A stretch of 64,000 bases of DNA, from assembly GCF_009914755.1 (NCBI RefSeq), contig NC_060929.1; one strand, 5' to 3'. The position numbers and the translations under genes are program-made. The stretch comes from the human T2T-CHM13v2.0 reference genome, Homo sapiens. Below the pieces are notes generated by a model. The model made no database searches and was not told the origin of the DNA. It saw nothing but the letters and a program-made list of their open reading frames with translations. Below are positions 37,001 to 51,032 of this stretch, piece by piece. Within the stretch, counting starts at the first letter, position 1; every line of letters begins with the position of its first letter.

Positions 37001-40000
37001 AGGAATACGTTGTAAAAGGCATATCTTCACATACAAACTAGACAGAAGCATTCTCAGAAACTGCTTTGTGATGTGTGCATTCAACTCACAGAGTTGAACC
37101 TTCCATTTGAGAGAGCAGTGTTGAAACAGTCTTTTTGTAGTATCTTCAAGTGGATATTTGGAGCGATTTGAGGCCTATGATGGAAAAGGAAATATCTTCA
37201 CATACAAACTAGACAGAAGCATTCTCAGAAACTGCTTTGTGATGTGTGCATTCAACCCACAGAGTTGAACCTTCCTTTTGAGAGAGCAGTGTTGAAACGG
37301 TCTTTTGTAGTATCTGCAAGTGGATATTTGGAGCGATTTGAGGCCTAAGATGGAAAAGGAAATATCTTCACATACAGACTAGACAGAAGCATTCTCAGAA
37401 ACTGCTTTGTGATGTGTGCATTCAACCGACAGATTTGAACTTTCCTTTTGAGAGGGAGGTTTTGAAACAGTCTTTTTGTAGTATCTGCAAGTGGATATTT
37501 GTAGTGACTTGGGGCCTCAGGTGGAAAAGGAAATACCTTCACATACAAAGTAGACAGAAGTATTCTCAGAAACTCCATTGTGATGTGTGCACTCAACTCA
37601 CAGAGTTGAACTTTCCTTTTGAGAGAGCAGTTTTGAAACAGTCTTTTTGTAACGTCTGCAGGTGGATATTTGGAGCGATTCGTGTAGTATGATGGAAAAG
37701 GAAATATCTTCACATAGAAACTAAACAGAAGCATTCTCAGAAACTTCTTGTGATGTGTGCATTCACCTAACAGAGTGGAACCGTTCTTTTGATAGAGCAG
37801 TTTTGAATCAGTCTTTTGGTAGGACCTGCAAGTCTTCATTTGGAGCGCTTTGAAGCCCATGGTGGAAAAGGGACTATCATCTTCACAAAAAACTAGGCAG
37901 AAGCCTTCTCAGGAACTTCATTGAGATGTGTGCATTCAACTAACAGAGTTGAAACTGTCTTTTGACAGAGGAGGAATGAAACACTCCTTTTGTAGTATCT
38001 GATTGTGTATATTTGGAACTCTTTGAGTTATTCGTTGGAAACGGGTATCGTCACATAAAAAGTAGACCCAAGCATTCTCAGAAGGTTCTTTGTGATGTGT
38101 GCGTTCAACTCACAGACTTGAAACTTTCTTTTGATAGAGCAGTGTTGAAACACACTTTTTGTAGAATCCACAAGTATTCATTTGGAGCGCTTTGTTGCCT
38201 ATGTGGGAAAAAGGAATATCTTCACTTAAAAACTAGACAGAAGCCTTCTCTGAAACTCCTCTGTGAAGTGTGTGTTCAATTCACATCGTTGAACCTTTCT
38301 TTTGATAGAGCAGTGCTGAAACATACTTTTTGTAGAATCTGCAAGTGTCCATTTCGAGTTCTTTTGTGCGTATGCTGGAAAAAGTGATATCTTCACCTGA
38401 AAAATAGACAGAAGCATTCCAGAAACTGCTTTGTAACATGTGCATTCAACTCACAGTGTTGAACCTTCCTTTTGAGAGAGCGGTTTTGAAACAGTCTTTT
38501 TGTAGTATCTGCAAGTGGATATTTGCAGTGATTTGAGGCCGAAGAAGGAAAAGGAAATACCTTCAAATAAAAAACTAGACGGAAGCATTTTCAAAAACTG
38601 CCTTGTGATGTGTGCATTCAACTCACAGAGTTGAACCTTCCTTTGAGAGAGAAGTTTTGAAACAGTCTTTTTGTAGTATTTGCAAGTGGATATTTGGAGC
38701 GATTTGTGGAGTATGGTGGAAAATGAAATATCTTCACATACAAACTAGACAGAAGCATTGTCAGAAACTGCTTTGTGATGTGTGCATTTAAGTCACAGAC
38801 TTGAAACTTCCTTTAGGTAGAGCAGTGTTGAAACACACTTTTTGTATAATCTACAAGTGTTCTTTGGAGTGCTTTGTTGCCTATGTTGGAAAAAGAAATA
38901 TCTTCACATAAAAACTAGACAGAAGCATTCTCAGAAACTCCTTTGTGATGGGTCTGTTCAATTCACATTGTTGAACCTTTCTTTTGATACAGCAGTGTTG
39001 AAACAAACATTTTGTAGAATCTGCAAGTGTTCATTTCAAATGCTTTGCGGCCTATGTTGGAAAAAGAGATATCTTCACCTAAAAAATAGACAGAAGCATT
39101 CTCAGGAACTGCTTTGTAATATGTGCATTCAACTCACAGAGTTGAACCTTCCTTTTGAGAGAGCGGTTTTGAAACAGTCTTTTTGTAGTATCTGCAAGTG
39201 GATATTTGGAGCGATTTGAGGTCTAAGAAGGAAAAGGAAGTACCTTCAAATAAAAACTAGACAGAAGCTTTCTCAGAAACTGCTTTGTGATGTGTGCATT
39301 TAACTCAAAGTCTTGATCCTTACTTTTGTTAGAGCAGTGTTGAAACACACATTTTGTAGAACCTGGTAGTGTTCATTTGGAGAGATTTGTTGCCTATGGT
39401 GGAAAAAGGATTATCTTCTCTTAAAAACTAGACAGAAGCATTCTTAGAAACTGCTTTGTGATGTGTGTGTTCAATTCACAGAGTTGAAACTTTCCTTTGA
39501 CAGAGCAGGTTTGAAACACTGCTTCTGTAGAATCTGCTTGTGGATATTGGGAGCTCCTTGAGGAATACGCTGTAAAAGGCATATCTTCACATACAAACTA
39601 GACAGAAGCATTCTCAGAAACTGCTTTGTGATGTGTGCATTCAACTCACAGAGTTGAACCTTCCATTTGAGAGAGCAGTGTTGAAACAGTCTTTTTGTAG
39701 TATCTTCAAGTGGATATTTGGAGCGATTTGAGGCCTATGATGGAAAAGGAAATATCTTCACATACAAACTAGACAGAAGCATTCTCAGAAACTGCTTTGT
39801 GATGTGTGCATTCAACCCACAGAGTTGAACCTTCCTTTTGAGAGAGCAGTGTTGAAACGGTCTTTTGTAGTATCTGCAAGTGGATATTTGGAGCGATTTG
39901 AGGCCTAGGATGGAAAAGGAAATATCTTCACATACAAACTAGACAGAAGCATTCTCAGAAACTGCTTTGTGATGTGTGCATTCAACCGACAGATTTGAAC

Positions 40001-43000
40001 TTTCCTTTTGAGAGGGTGGTTTTGAAACAGTCTTTTTGTAGTATCTGCAAGTGGATATTTGTAGTGACTTGGGGCCTCAGGTGGAAAAGGAAATACCTTC
40101 ACATACAAAGTAGACAGAAGTATTCTCAGAAACTCCATTGTGATGTGTGCACTCAACTCACAGAGTTGAACCTTCCTTTTGAGAGAGCAGTTTTGAAACA
40201 GTCTTTTTGTAACGTCTGCAGGTGGATATTTGGAGCGATTCGAGTACTATGATGGAAAAGGAAATATCTTCACATACAAACTAAACAGAAGCATTCTCAG
40301 AAACTTCTTGTGATGTGTGCATTCACCTAACAGAGTGGAACCGTTCTTTTGATAGAGCAGTTTTGAATCAGTCTTTTGGTAGGACCTGCAAGTTTTCATT
40401 TGGAGCGCTTTGAAGCCCATGGTGGAAAAGGGACTATCTTCACAAAAAACTAGGCAGAAGCCTTCTCAGGAACTTCATTGAGATGTGTGCATTCAACTAA
40501 CAGAGTTGAAACTGTCTTTTGACAGAGGAGGAATGAAACCCCCCTTTTGTAGTATCTGATTGTGTATATTTGGAACTCTTTGAGTTATTCGTTGGAAACG
40601 GGTATCTTCACATAAAAAGTAGACCCAGGCATTCTCAGAAGGTTCTTTGTGATGTGTGCGTTCAACTCACAGACTTGAAACTTTCTTTTGATAGAGCAGT
40701 GTTGAAACACACTTTTTGTAGAATCCACAAGTATTCATTTGGAGCGCTTTGTTGCCTATGTGGGAAAAAGTAATATCTTCACTTAAAAGCTAGACAGAAG
40801 CATTCCCTGAAACTACTCTGTGAGGTGTGTGTTCAATTCACATCGTTGAACCTTTCTTTTGATAGAGCAGTGTTGTAACATACTTTTTGTAGAATCTGCA
40901 AGTGTCCATTTCGAGTTCTTTTGTGCGTATGTTGTAAAAAGTGATATCTTCACCTGAAAAATAGACAGAAGCATTCCAGAAACTGCTTTGTAACATGTGC
41001 ATTCAACTCACAGTGTTGAACCTTCCTTTTGACAGAGCGGTTTTGAAACAGTCTTTTTGTAGTATCTGCAAGTGGATATTTGCAGTGATTTGAGGCCGAA
41101 GAAGGAAAAGGAAATACCTTCAAATACAAAACTAGAAGGAAGCATTTTCAGAAACTACCTTGTGATGTGTGCATTCAACTCACAGAGTTGAACCTTCCTT
41201 TTGAGAGAGAAGTTTGGAAACAGTCTTTTTGTAGTATTTGCAAGTGGATATTTGGAGCGATTTGTGGAGTATGGTGGAAAATGAAATATCTTCACATACA
41301 AACTAGACAGAAGCATTGTCAGAAACTGCTTTGTGATGTGTGCATTTAAGTCACAGACTTGAAACTTCCTTTAGGTAGAGCAGTGTTGAAACACACTTTT
41401 TGTATAATCTACATGTGTTTTTGGAGTGCTTTGTTGCCTATGTTGGAAAAAGAAATATCTTCACATAAAAACTAGACAGAAGCATTCTCAGAAACTCCTT
41501 TGTGATGGGTTTGTTCAATTCACGTTGTTGAACCTTTCTTTTGATACAGCAGTGTTGAAACAAACATTTTGTAGAATCTGCAAGTGTTCATTTCAAATGC
41601 TTTGTGGCCTATGTTGGAAAAAGTGATATCTTCACCTAAAAAATAGACAGAAGCATTCTCAGGAACTGCTTTGTAATATGTGCATTCAACTCACAGAGTT
41701 GAACCTTCCTTTTGAGAGAGCGGTTTTGAAACAGTCTTTTTGTAGTATCTGCAAGTGGATATTTGGAGCGATTTGAGGTCTAAGAAGGAAAAGGAAGTAC
41801 CTTCAAATAAAAACTAGACAGAAGCTTTCTCAGAAACTGCTTTGTGATGTGCGCATTTAACTCAAAGTCTTGATCCTTACTTTTGTTAGAGCAGTGTTGA
41901 AACACACTTTTTGTAGAACCTGGTAGTGTTCATTTGGAGAGATTTGTTGCCTATGGTAGAAAAAGGATTATCTTCTCTTAAAAACTAGACAGAAGCATTC
42001 TTAGAAACTGCTTTGTGATGTGGGTGTTCAATTCACAGAGTTGAAACTTTCCTTTGACAGAGCAGGTTTGAAACACTGCTTCTGTAGAATCTGCTTGTGG
42101 ATATTGGGAGCTCCTTGAGGAATACGTTGTAAAAGGCATAACTTCACATTCAAACTAGACAGAAGCATTCTCAGAAACTGCTTTGTGATGTGTGCATTCA
42201 ACTCACAGAGTTGAACCTTCCATTTGAGAGAGCAGTGTTGAAACAGTCTTTTTGTAGTATCTTCAAGTGGATATTTGGAGCGATTTGAGGCCTATGATGG
42301 AAAAGGAAATATCTTCACATACAAACTAGACAGAAGCATTCTCAGAAACTGCTTTGTGATGTGTGCATTCAACCCACAGAGTTGAACCTTCCTTTCGAGA
42401 GAGCAGTGTTGAAACGGTCTTTTGTAGTATCTGCAAGTGGATATTTGGAGCGATTTGAGGCCTAGGATGGAAAAGGAAATATCTTCACATACAAACTAGA
42501 CAGAAGCATTCTCAGAAACTGCTTTGTGATGTGTGCATTCAACCGACAGATTTGAACTTTCCTTTGGAGAGGGAGGTTTTGAAACAGTCTTTTTGTAGTA
42601 TCTGCAAGTGGATATTTCTAGTGACTTGGGGCCTCAGGTGGAAAAGGAAATACCTTCACATACAAAGTAGACAGAAGTATTCTCAGAAACTCCATTGTGA
42701 TGTGTGCACTCAACTCACAGAGTTGAACCTTCCTTTTGAGAGAGCAGTTTTGAAACAGTCTTTTTGTAACGTCTGCAGGTGGATATTTGGAGCGATTCGA
42801 GTACTATGATGGAAAAGGAAATATCTTCACATACAAACTAAACAGAAGCATTCTCAGAAACTTCTTGTGATGTGTGCATTCACCTAACAGAGTGGAACCG
42901 TTCTTTTGATAGAGCAGTTTTGAATCAGTCTTTTGGTAGGACCTGCAAGTTTTCATTTGGAGCGCTTTGAAGCCCATGGTGGAAAAGGGACTATCTTCAC

Positions 43001-46000
43001 AAAAATCTAGGCAGAAGCCTTCTCAGGAACTTCATTGAGATGTGTGCATTCAACTAACAGAGTTGAAACTGTCTTTTGACAGAGGAGGAATGAAACACTC
43101 CTTTTTTAGTATCTGATTGTGTATATTTGGAACTCTTTGTGTTATTCGTTGGAAACGGGTATCTTCACATAAAAAGTAGACCCAAGCATTCTCAGAAGGT
43201 CCTTTGTGATGTGTGCGTTCAACTCACAGACTTGAAACTTTCTTTTGATAGAGCAGTGTTGAAACACACTTTTTGTAGAATCCACAAGTATTCATTTGGA
43301 GCGCTTTGTTGCCTATGTGGGAAAAAGGAATATCTTCACTTAAAAACTAGACAGAAGCATTCTCTGAAACTCCTCTGTGAAGTGTGTGTTCAATTCACAT
43401 CGTTGAACCTTTATTTTGATGGAGCAGTGTTGAAACATACTTTTTGTAGAATCTGCAAGTGTCCATTTCGAGTTCTTTTGTGCGTATGTTGGAAAAAGTG
43501 ATATCTTCACCTGAAAAATAGACAGAAGCATTCCAGAAACTGCTTTGTAACATGTGCATTCAACTCACAGTGTTGAACCTTCCTTTTGAGAGAGCGGTTT
43601 TGAAACAGTCTTTTTGTAGTATCTGCAATTGGATATTTGCAGTGATTTGAGGCCGAAGAAGGAAAAGGAAATACCTTCAAATAAAAAACTAGACGGAAGC
43701 ATTTTCAGAAACTGCCTTGTGATGTGTGCATTCAACTCACAGAGTTGAACCTTCCTTTTGAGAGAGAAGTTTTGAAACAGTCTTTTTGTAGTATTTGCAA
43801 GTGGATATTTGGAGCGATTTGTGGAGTATGGTGGAAAATGAAATATCTTCACATACAAACTAGACAGAAGCATTCTCAGAAACTGCTTTGTGATGTGTGC
43901 ATTTAAGTCACAGACTTGAAACTTCCTTTAGGTAGAGCAGTGTTGAAACACACTTTTTGTATAATCTACAAGTGTTCTTTGGAGTGCTTTGTTGCCTATG
44001 TTGGAAAAAGAAATATCTTCACATAAAAACTAGACAGAAGCATTCTCAGAAACTCCTTTGTGATGGGTGTGTTCAATTCACATTGTTGAACCTTTCTTTT
44101 GATACAGCAGTGTTGAAACAAACATTTTGTAGAATCTGCAAGTGTTCATTTCAAATGCTTTGTGGCCTATGTTGGAAAAAGTGATATCTTCACCTAAAAA
44201 ATAGACAGAAGCATTCTCAGGAACTGCTTTGTAATATGTGCATTCAACTCACAGAGTTGAACCTTCCTTTTGAGAGAGCGGTTTTGAAACAGTCTTTTTG
44301 TAGTATCTGCAAGTGGATATTTGGAGCGATTTGAGGTCTAAGAAGGAAAAGGAAGTACCTTCAAATAAAAACTAGACAGAATCTTTCTCAGAAACTGCTT
44401 TGTGATGTGCGCATTTAACTCAAAGTCTTGATCCTTACTTTTGTTAGAGCAGTGTTGAAACACACTTTTTGTAGAACCTGGTAGTGATCATTTGGAGAGA
44501 TTTGTTGCCTATGGTGGAAAAAGGATTATCTTCTCTTAAAAACTAGACAGAAGCATTCTTAGAAACTGCTTTGTGATGTGTGTGTTCAATTCACAGAGTT
44601 GAAACTTTCCTTTGACAGAGCAGGTTTGAAACACTGCTTCTGTAGAATCTGCTTGTGGATATTGGGAGCTCCTTGAGGAATACGCTGTAAAAGGCATATC
44701 TTCACATACAAACTAGACAGAAGCATTCTCAGAAACTGCTTTGTGATGTGTGCATTCAACTCACAGAGTTGAACCTTCCATTTGAGAGAGCAGTGTTGAA
44801 ACAGTCTTTTTGTAGTATCTTCAAGTGGATATTTGGAGCGATTTGAGGCCTATGATGGAAAAGGAAATATCTTCACATACAAACTAGACAGAAGCATTCT
44901 CAGAAACTGCTTTGTGATGTGTGCATTCAACCCACAGAGTTGAACCTTCCTTTTGAGAGAGCAGTGTTGAAACGGTCTTTTGTAGTATCTGCAAGTGGAT
45001 ATTTGGAGCGATTTGAGGCCTATGATGGAAAAGGAAATATCTTCACATACAAACTAGACAGAAGCATTCTCAGAAACTGCTTTGTGATGTGTGCATTCAA
45101 CCGACAGATTTGAACTTTCCTTTTGAGAGGGAGGTTTTGAAACAGTCTTTTTGTAGTATCTGCAAGTGGATATTTGTAATGACTTGGGGCCTCAGGTGGA
45201 AAAGGAAATACCTTCACATACAAAGTAGACAGAAGTATTCTCAGAAACTCCATTGTGATGTGTGCACTGAACTCACAGAGTTGAACCTTCCTTTTGAGAG
45301 AGCAGTTTTGAAACAGTCTTTTTGTAACGTCTGCAGGTGGATATTTGGAGCGATTCGAGTACTATGATGGAAAAGGAAATATCTTCACATACAAACTAAA
45401 CAGAAGCATTCTCAGAAACTTCTTGTGATGTGTGCATTCACCTAACCGAGTGGAACCGTTCTTTTGATAGAGCAGTTTTGAATCAGTCTTTTGGTAGGAC
45501 CTGCAAGTTTTCATTTGGAGCGCTTTGAAGCCCATGGTGGAAAAGGGACTATCTTCACAAAAAACTAGGCAGAAGCCTTCTCAGGAACTTCATTGAGATG
45601 TGTGCATTCAACTAACAGAGTTGAAACTGTCTTTTGACAGAGGAGGAATGAAACACTCCTTTTGTAGTATCTGATTGTGTATATTTGGAACTCTTTGAGT
45701 TATTCGTTGGAAACGGGTATCTTCACCTAAAAAGTAGACCCAAGCATTCTCAGAAGGTCCTTTGTGATGTGTGCGTTCAACTCACAGACTTGAAACTTTC
45801 TTTTGATAGAGCAGTGTTGAAACACACTTTTTGTAGAATCCACAAGTATTCATTTGGAGCGCTTTGTTGCCTATGTGGGAAAAAGTAATATCTTCACTTA
45901 AAAACTAGACAGAAGCATTCTCTGAAACTCCTCTGTGAAGTGTGTGTTCAATTCACATCGTTGAACCTTTCTTTTGATGGAGCAGTGTTGAAACATACTT

Positions 46001-48986
46001 TTTGTAGAATCTGCAAGTGTCCATTTCGAGTTCTTTTGTGCGTATGTTGGAAAAAGTGATATCTTCAACTGAAAAATAGACAGAAGCATTCCAGAAACTG
46101 CTTTGTAACATGTGCATTCAACTCACAGTGTTGAACCTTCCTTTTGAGAGAGCGGTTTTGAAACAGTCTTTTTGTAGTATCTGCAAGTGGATATTTGCAG
46201 TGATTTGAGGCCGAAGAAGGAAAAGGAAATACCTTCAAATAAAAAACTAGACGGAAGCATTTTCAGAAACTGCCTTGTGATGTGTGCATTCAACTCACAG
46301 AGTTGAACCTTCCTTTTGAGAGAGAAGTTTTGAAACAGTCTTTTTGTAGTATTTGCAAGTGGATATTTGGAGCGATTTGTGGAGTATGGTGGAAAATGAA
46401 ATATCTTCACATACAAACTAGACAGAAGCATTCTCAGAAACTGCTTTGTGATGTGTGCATTTAAGTCACAGACTTGAAACTTCCTTTAGGTAGAGCAGTG
46501 TTGAAACACACTTTTTGTATAATCTACAAGTGTTCTTTGGAGTGCTTTGTTGCCTATTTTGGAAAAAGAAATATCTTCACATAGAAACTAGACAGAAGCA
46601 TTCTCAGAAACTCCTTTGTGATGGGTGTGTTCAATTCACATTGTTGAACCTTTCTTTTGATACAGCAGTGTTGAAACAAACATTTTGTAGAATCTGCAAG
46701 TGTTCATTTCAAATGCTTTGTGGCCTATGTTGGAAAAAGTGATATCTTCACCTAAAAAATAGACAGAAGCATTCTCAGGAACTGCTTTGTAATATGTGCA
46801 TTCAACTCACAGAGTTGAACCTTCCTTTTGAGAGAGCGGTTTTGAACCAGTCTTTTCGTAGTATCTGCAAGTGGATATTTGGAGCGATTTGAGGTCTAAG
46901 AAGGAAAAGGAAGTACCTTCAAATAAAAACTAGACAGAAGCTTTCTCAGAAACTGCTTTGTGATGTGCGCATTTAACTCAAAGTCTTGATCCTTACTTTT
47001 GTTAGAGCAGTGTTGAAACACACTTTTTGTAGAACCTGGTAGTGTTCATTTGGAGAGATTTGTTGCCTATGGTGGAAAAAGGATTATCTTCTCTTAAAAA
47101 CTAGACAGAAGCATTCTTAGAAACTGCTTTGTGATGTGTGTGTTCAATTCACAGAGTTGAAACTTTCCTTTGACTGAGCAGGTTTGAAACACTGCTTCTG
47201 TAGAATCTGCTTGTGGATATTGGGAGCTCCTTGAGGAATACGTTGTAAAAGGCATATCTTCACATACAAACTAGACAGAAGCATTCTCAGAAACTGCTTT
47301 GTGATGTATGCATTCAACTCACAGAGTTGAACCTTCCATTTGAGAGAGCAGTGTTGAAACAGTCTTTTTGTAGTATCTTCAAGTGGATATTTGGAGCGAT
47401 TTGAGGCCTATGATGGAAAAGGAAATATCTTCACATACAAACTAGACAGAAGCATTCTCAGAAACTGCTTTGTGATGTGTGCATTCAACACACAGAGTTG
47501 AACCTTCCTTTTGAGAGAGCAGTGTTGAAACGGTCTTTTGTAGTATCTGCAAGTGGATATTTGGAGCGATTTGAGGCCTAGGATGGAAAAGGAAATATCT
47601 TCACATACAAACTAGACAGAAGCATTCTCAGAAACTGCTTTGTGATGTGTGCATTCAACCGACAGATTTGAACTTTCCTTTTGAGAGGGAGGTTTTGAAA
47701 CAGTCTTTTTGTAGTATCTGCAAGTGGATATTTGTAGTGACTTGGGGCCTCAGGTGGAAAAGGAAATACCTTCACATACAAAGTAGACAGAAGTATTCTC
47801 AGAAACTCCATTGTGATGTGTGCACTCAACTCACAGAGTTGAACCTTCCTTTTGAGAGAGCAGTTTTGAAACAGTCTTTTTGTAACGTCTGCAGGTGGAT
47901 ATTTGGAGCGATTCGAGTACTATGATGGAAAAGGAAATATCTTCACATACAAACTAAACAGAAGCATTCTCAGAAACTTCTTGTGATGTGTGCATTCACC
48001 TAACCGAGTGGAACCGTTCTTTTGATAGAGCAGTTTTGAATCAGTCTTTTGGTAGGACCTGCAAGTTTTCATTTGGAGCGCTTTGAAGCCCATGGTGGAA
48101 AAGGGACTATCTTCACAAAAAACTAGGCAGAAGCCTTCTCAGGAACTTCATTGAGATGTGTGCATTCAACTAACAGAGTTGAAACTGTCTTTTGACAGAG
48201 GAGGAATGAAACACTCCTTTTGTAGTATCTGATTGTGTATATTTGGAACTCTTTGAGTTATTCGTTGGAAACGGGTATCTTCACCTAAAAAGTAGACCCA
48301 AGCATTCTCAGAAGGTCCTTTGTGATGTGTGCGTTCAACTCACAGACTTGAAACTTTCTTTTGATAGAGCAGTGTTGAAACACACTTTTTGTAGAATCCA
48401 CAAGTATTCATTTGGAGCGCTTTGTTGCCTATGTGGGAAAAAGTAATATCTTCACTTAAAAACTAGACAGAAGCATTCTCTGAAACTCCTCTGTGAAGTG
48501 TGTGTTCAATTCACATCGTTGAACCTTTCTTTTGATGGAGCAGTGTTGAAACATACTTTTTGTAGAATCTGCAAGTGTCCATTTCGAGTTCTTTTGTGCG
48601 TATGTTGGAAAAAGTGATATCTTCAACTGAAAAATAGACAGAAGCATTCCAGAAACTGCTTTGTAACATGTGCATTCAACTCACAGTGTTGAACCTTCCT
48701 TTTGAGAGAGCGGTTTTGAAACAGTCTTTTTGTAGTATCTGCAAGTGGATATTTGCAGTGATTTGAGGCCGAAGAAGGAAAAGGAAATACCTTCAAATAA
48801 AAAACTAGACGGAAGCATTTTCAGAAACTGCCTTGTGATGTGTGCATTCAACTCACAGAGTTGAACCTTCCTTTTGAGAGAGAAGTTTTGAAACAGTCTT
48901 TTTGTAGTATTTGCAAGTGGATATTTGGAGCGATTTGTGGAGTATGGTGGAAAATGAAATATCTTCACATACAAACTAGACAGAAG
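31076..48986 (+). repeat. 7 canonical 15-mer HOR copies (2557-2561 bp; small indels)
   Basis: m1 starts at 31076, 33635, 36196, 38756, 41314, 43871 and 46429. Length differences come from a 3-bp insertion in m10 and 1-bp deletions. Confidence 0.94.
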
Positions 48987-51032
48987 CATTCTCAGAAACT
49001 GCTTTGTGATGTGTGCATTTAAGTCACAGACTTGAAACTTCCTTTAGGTAGAGCAGTGTTGAAACACACTTTTTGTATAATCTACAAGTGTTCTTTGGAG
49101 TGCTTTGTTGCCTATGTTGGAAAAAGAAATATCTTCACATAGAAACTAGACAGAAGCATTCTCAGAAACTCCTTTGTGATGGGTGTGTTCAATTCACATT
49201 GTTGAACCTTTCTTTTGATACAGCAGTGTTGAAACAAACATTTTGTAGAATCTGCAAGTGTTCATTTCAAATGCTTTGTGGCCTATGTTGGAAAAAGTGA
49301 TATCTTCACCTAAAAAATAGACAGAAGCATTCTCAGGAACTGCTTTGTAATATGTGCATTCAACTCACAGAGTTGAACCTTCCTTTTGAGAGAGCGGTTT
49401 TGAACCAGTCTTTTCGTAGTATCTGCAAGTGGATATTTGGAGCGATTTGAGGTCTAAGAAGGAAAAGGAAGTACCTTCAAATAAAAACTAGACAGAAGCT
49501 TTCTCAGAAACTGCTTTGTGATGTGCGCATTTAACTCAAAGTCTTGATCCTTACTTTTGTTAGAGCAGTGTTGAAACACACTTTTTGTAGAACCTGGTAG
49601 TGTTCATTTGGAGAGATTTGTTGCCTATGGTGGAAAAAGGATTATCTTCTCTTAAAAACTAGACAGAAGCATTCTTAGAAACTGCTTTGTGATGTGTGTG
49701 TTCAATTCACAGAGTTGAAACTTTCCTTTGACTGAGCAGGTTTGAAACACTGCTTCTGTAGAATCTGCTTGTGGATATTGGGAGCTCCTTGAGGAATACG
49801 TTGTAAAAGGCATATCTTCACATACAAACTAGACAGAAGCATTCTCAGAAACTGCTTTGTGATGTGTGCATTCAACTCACAGAGTTGAACCTTCCATTTG
49901 AGAGAGGAGTGTTGAAACAGTCTTTTTGTAGTATCTTCAAGTGGATATTTGGAGCGATTTGAGGCCTATGATGGAAAAGGAAATATCTTCACATACAAAC
50001 TAAACAGAAGCATTCTCAGAAACTTCTTGTGATGTGTGCATTCACCTAACCGAGTGGAACCGTTCTTTTGATAGAGCAGTTTTGAATCAGTCTTTTGGTA
50101 GGACCTGCAAGTTTTCATTTGGAGCGCTTTGAAGCCCATGGTGGAAAAGGGACTATCTTCACAAAAAACTAGGCAGAAGCCTTCTCAGGAACTTCATTGA
50201 GATGTGTGCATTCAACTAACAGAGTTGAAACTGTCTTTTGACAGAGGAGGAATGAAACACTCCTTTTGTAGTATCTGATTGTGTATATTTGGAACTCTTT
50301 GAGTTATTCGTTGGAAACGGGTATCTTCACCTAAAAAGTAGACCCAAGCATTCTCAGAAGGTCCTTTGTGATGTGTGCGTTCAACTCACAGACTTGAAAC
50401 TTTCTTTTGATAGAGCAGTGTTGAAACACACTTTTTGTAGAATCCACAAGTATTCATTTGGAGCGCTTTGTTGCCTATGTGGGAAAAAGTAATATCTTCA
50501 CTTAAAAACTAGACAGAAGCATTCTCTGAAACTCCTCTGTGAAGTGTGTGTTCAATTCACATCGTTGAACCTTTCTTTTGATGGAGCAGTGTTGAAACAT
50601 ACTTTTTGTAGAATCTGCAAGTGTCCATTTCGAGTTCTTTTGTGCGTATGTTGGAAAAAGTGATATCTTCAACTGAAAAATAGACAGAAGCATTCCAGAA
50701 ACTGCTTTGTAACATGTGCATTCAACTCACAGTGTTGAACCTTCCTTTTGAGAGAGCGGTTTTGAAACAGTCTTTTTGTAGTATCTGCAAGTGGATATTT
50801 GCAGTGATTTGAGGCCGAAGAAGGAAAAGGAAATACCTTCAAATAAAAAACTAGACGGAAGCATTTTCAGAAACTGCCTTGTGATGTGCGCATTCAACTC
50901 ACAGAGTTGAACCTTCCTTTTGAGAGAGAAGTTTTGAAACAGTCTTTTTGTAGTATTTGCAAGTGGATATTTGGAGCGATTTGTGGAGTATGGTGGAAAA
51001 TGAAATATCTTCACATACAAACTAGACAGAAG
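48987..51032 (+). repeat. 12-mer HOR structural variant (m1-m5, m6/9, m10-m15)
   Basis: The unit is 2046 bp. m6 (CCATTTG, TATCTTCAAG, GAGGCCTATG) ends with the m9 tail CAAACTAAACAG and is followed by m10 at 50011. m7, m8 and most of m9 are absent. Confidence 0.93.

Noticed and set aside
38842-39219. Extended 125-aa ORF here and at 60841-61218
   Set aside because: Each results from a different single-base loss of a TGA stop (AGA and TGT) in satellite sequence, with no sign of coding selection.
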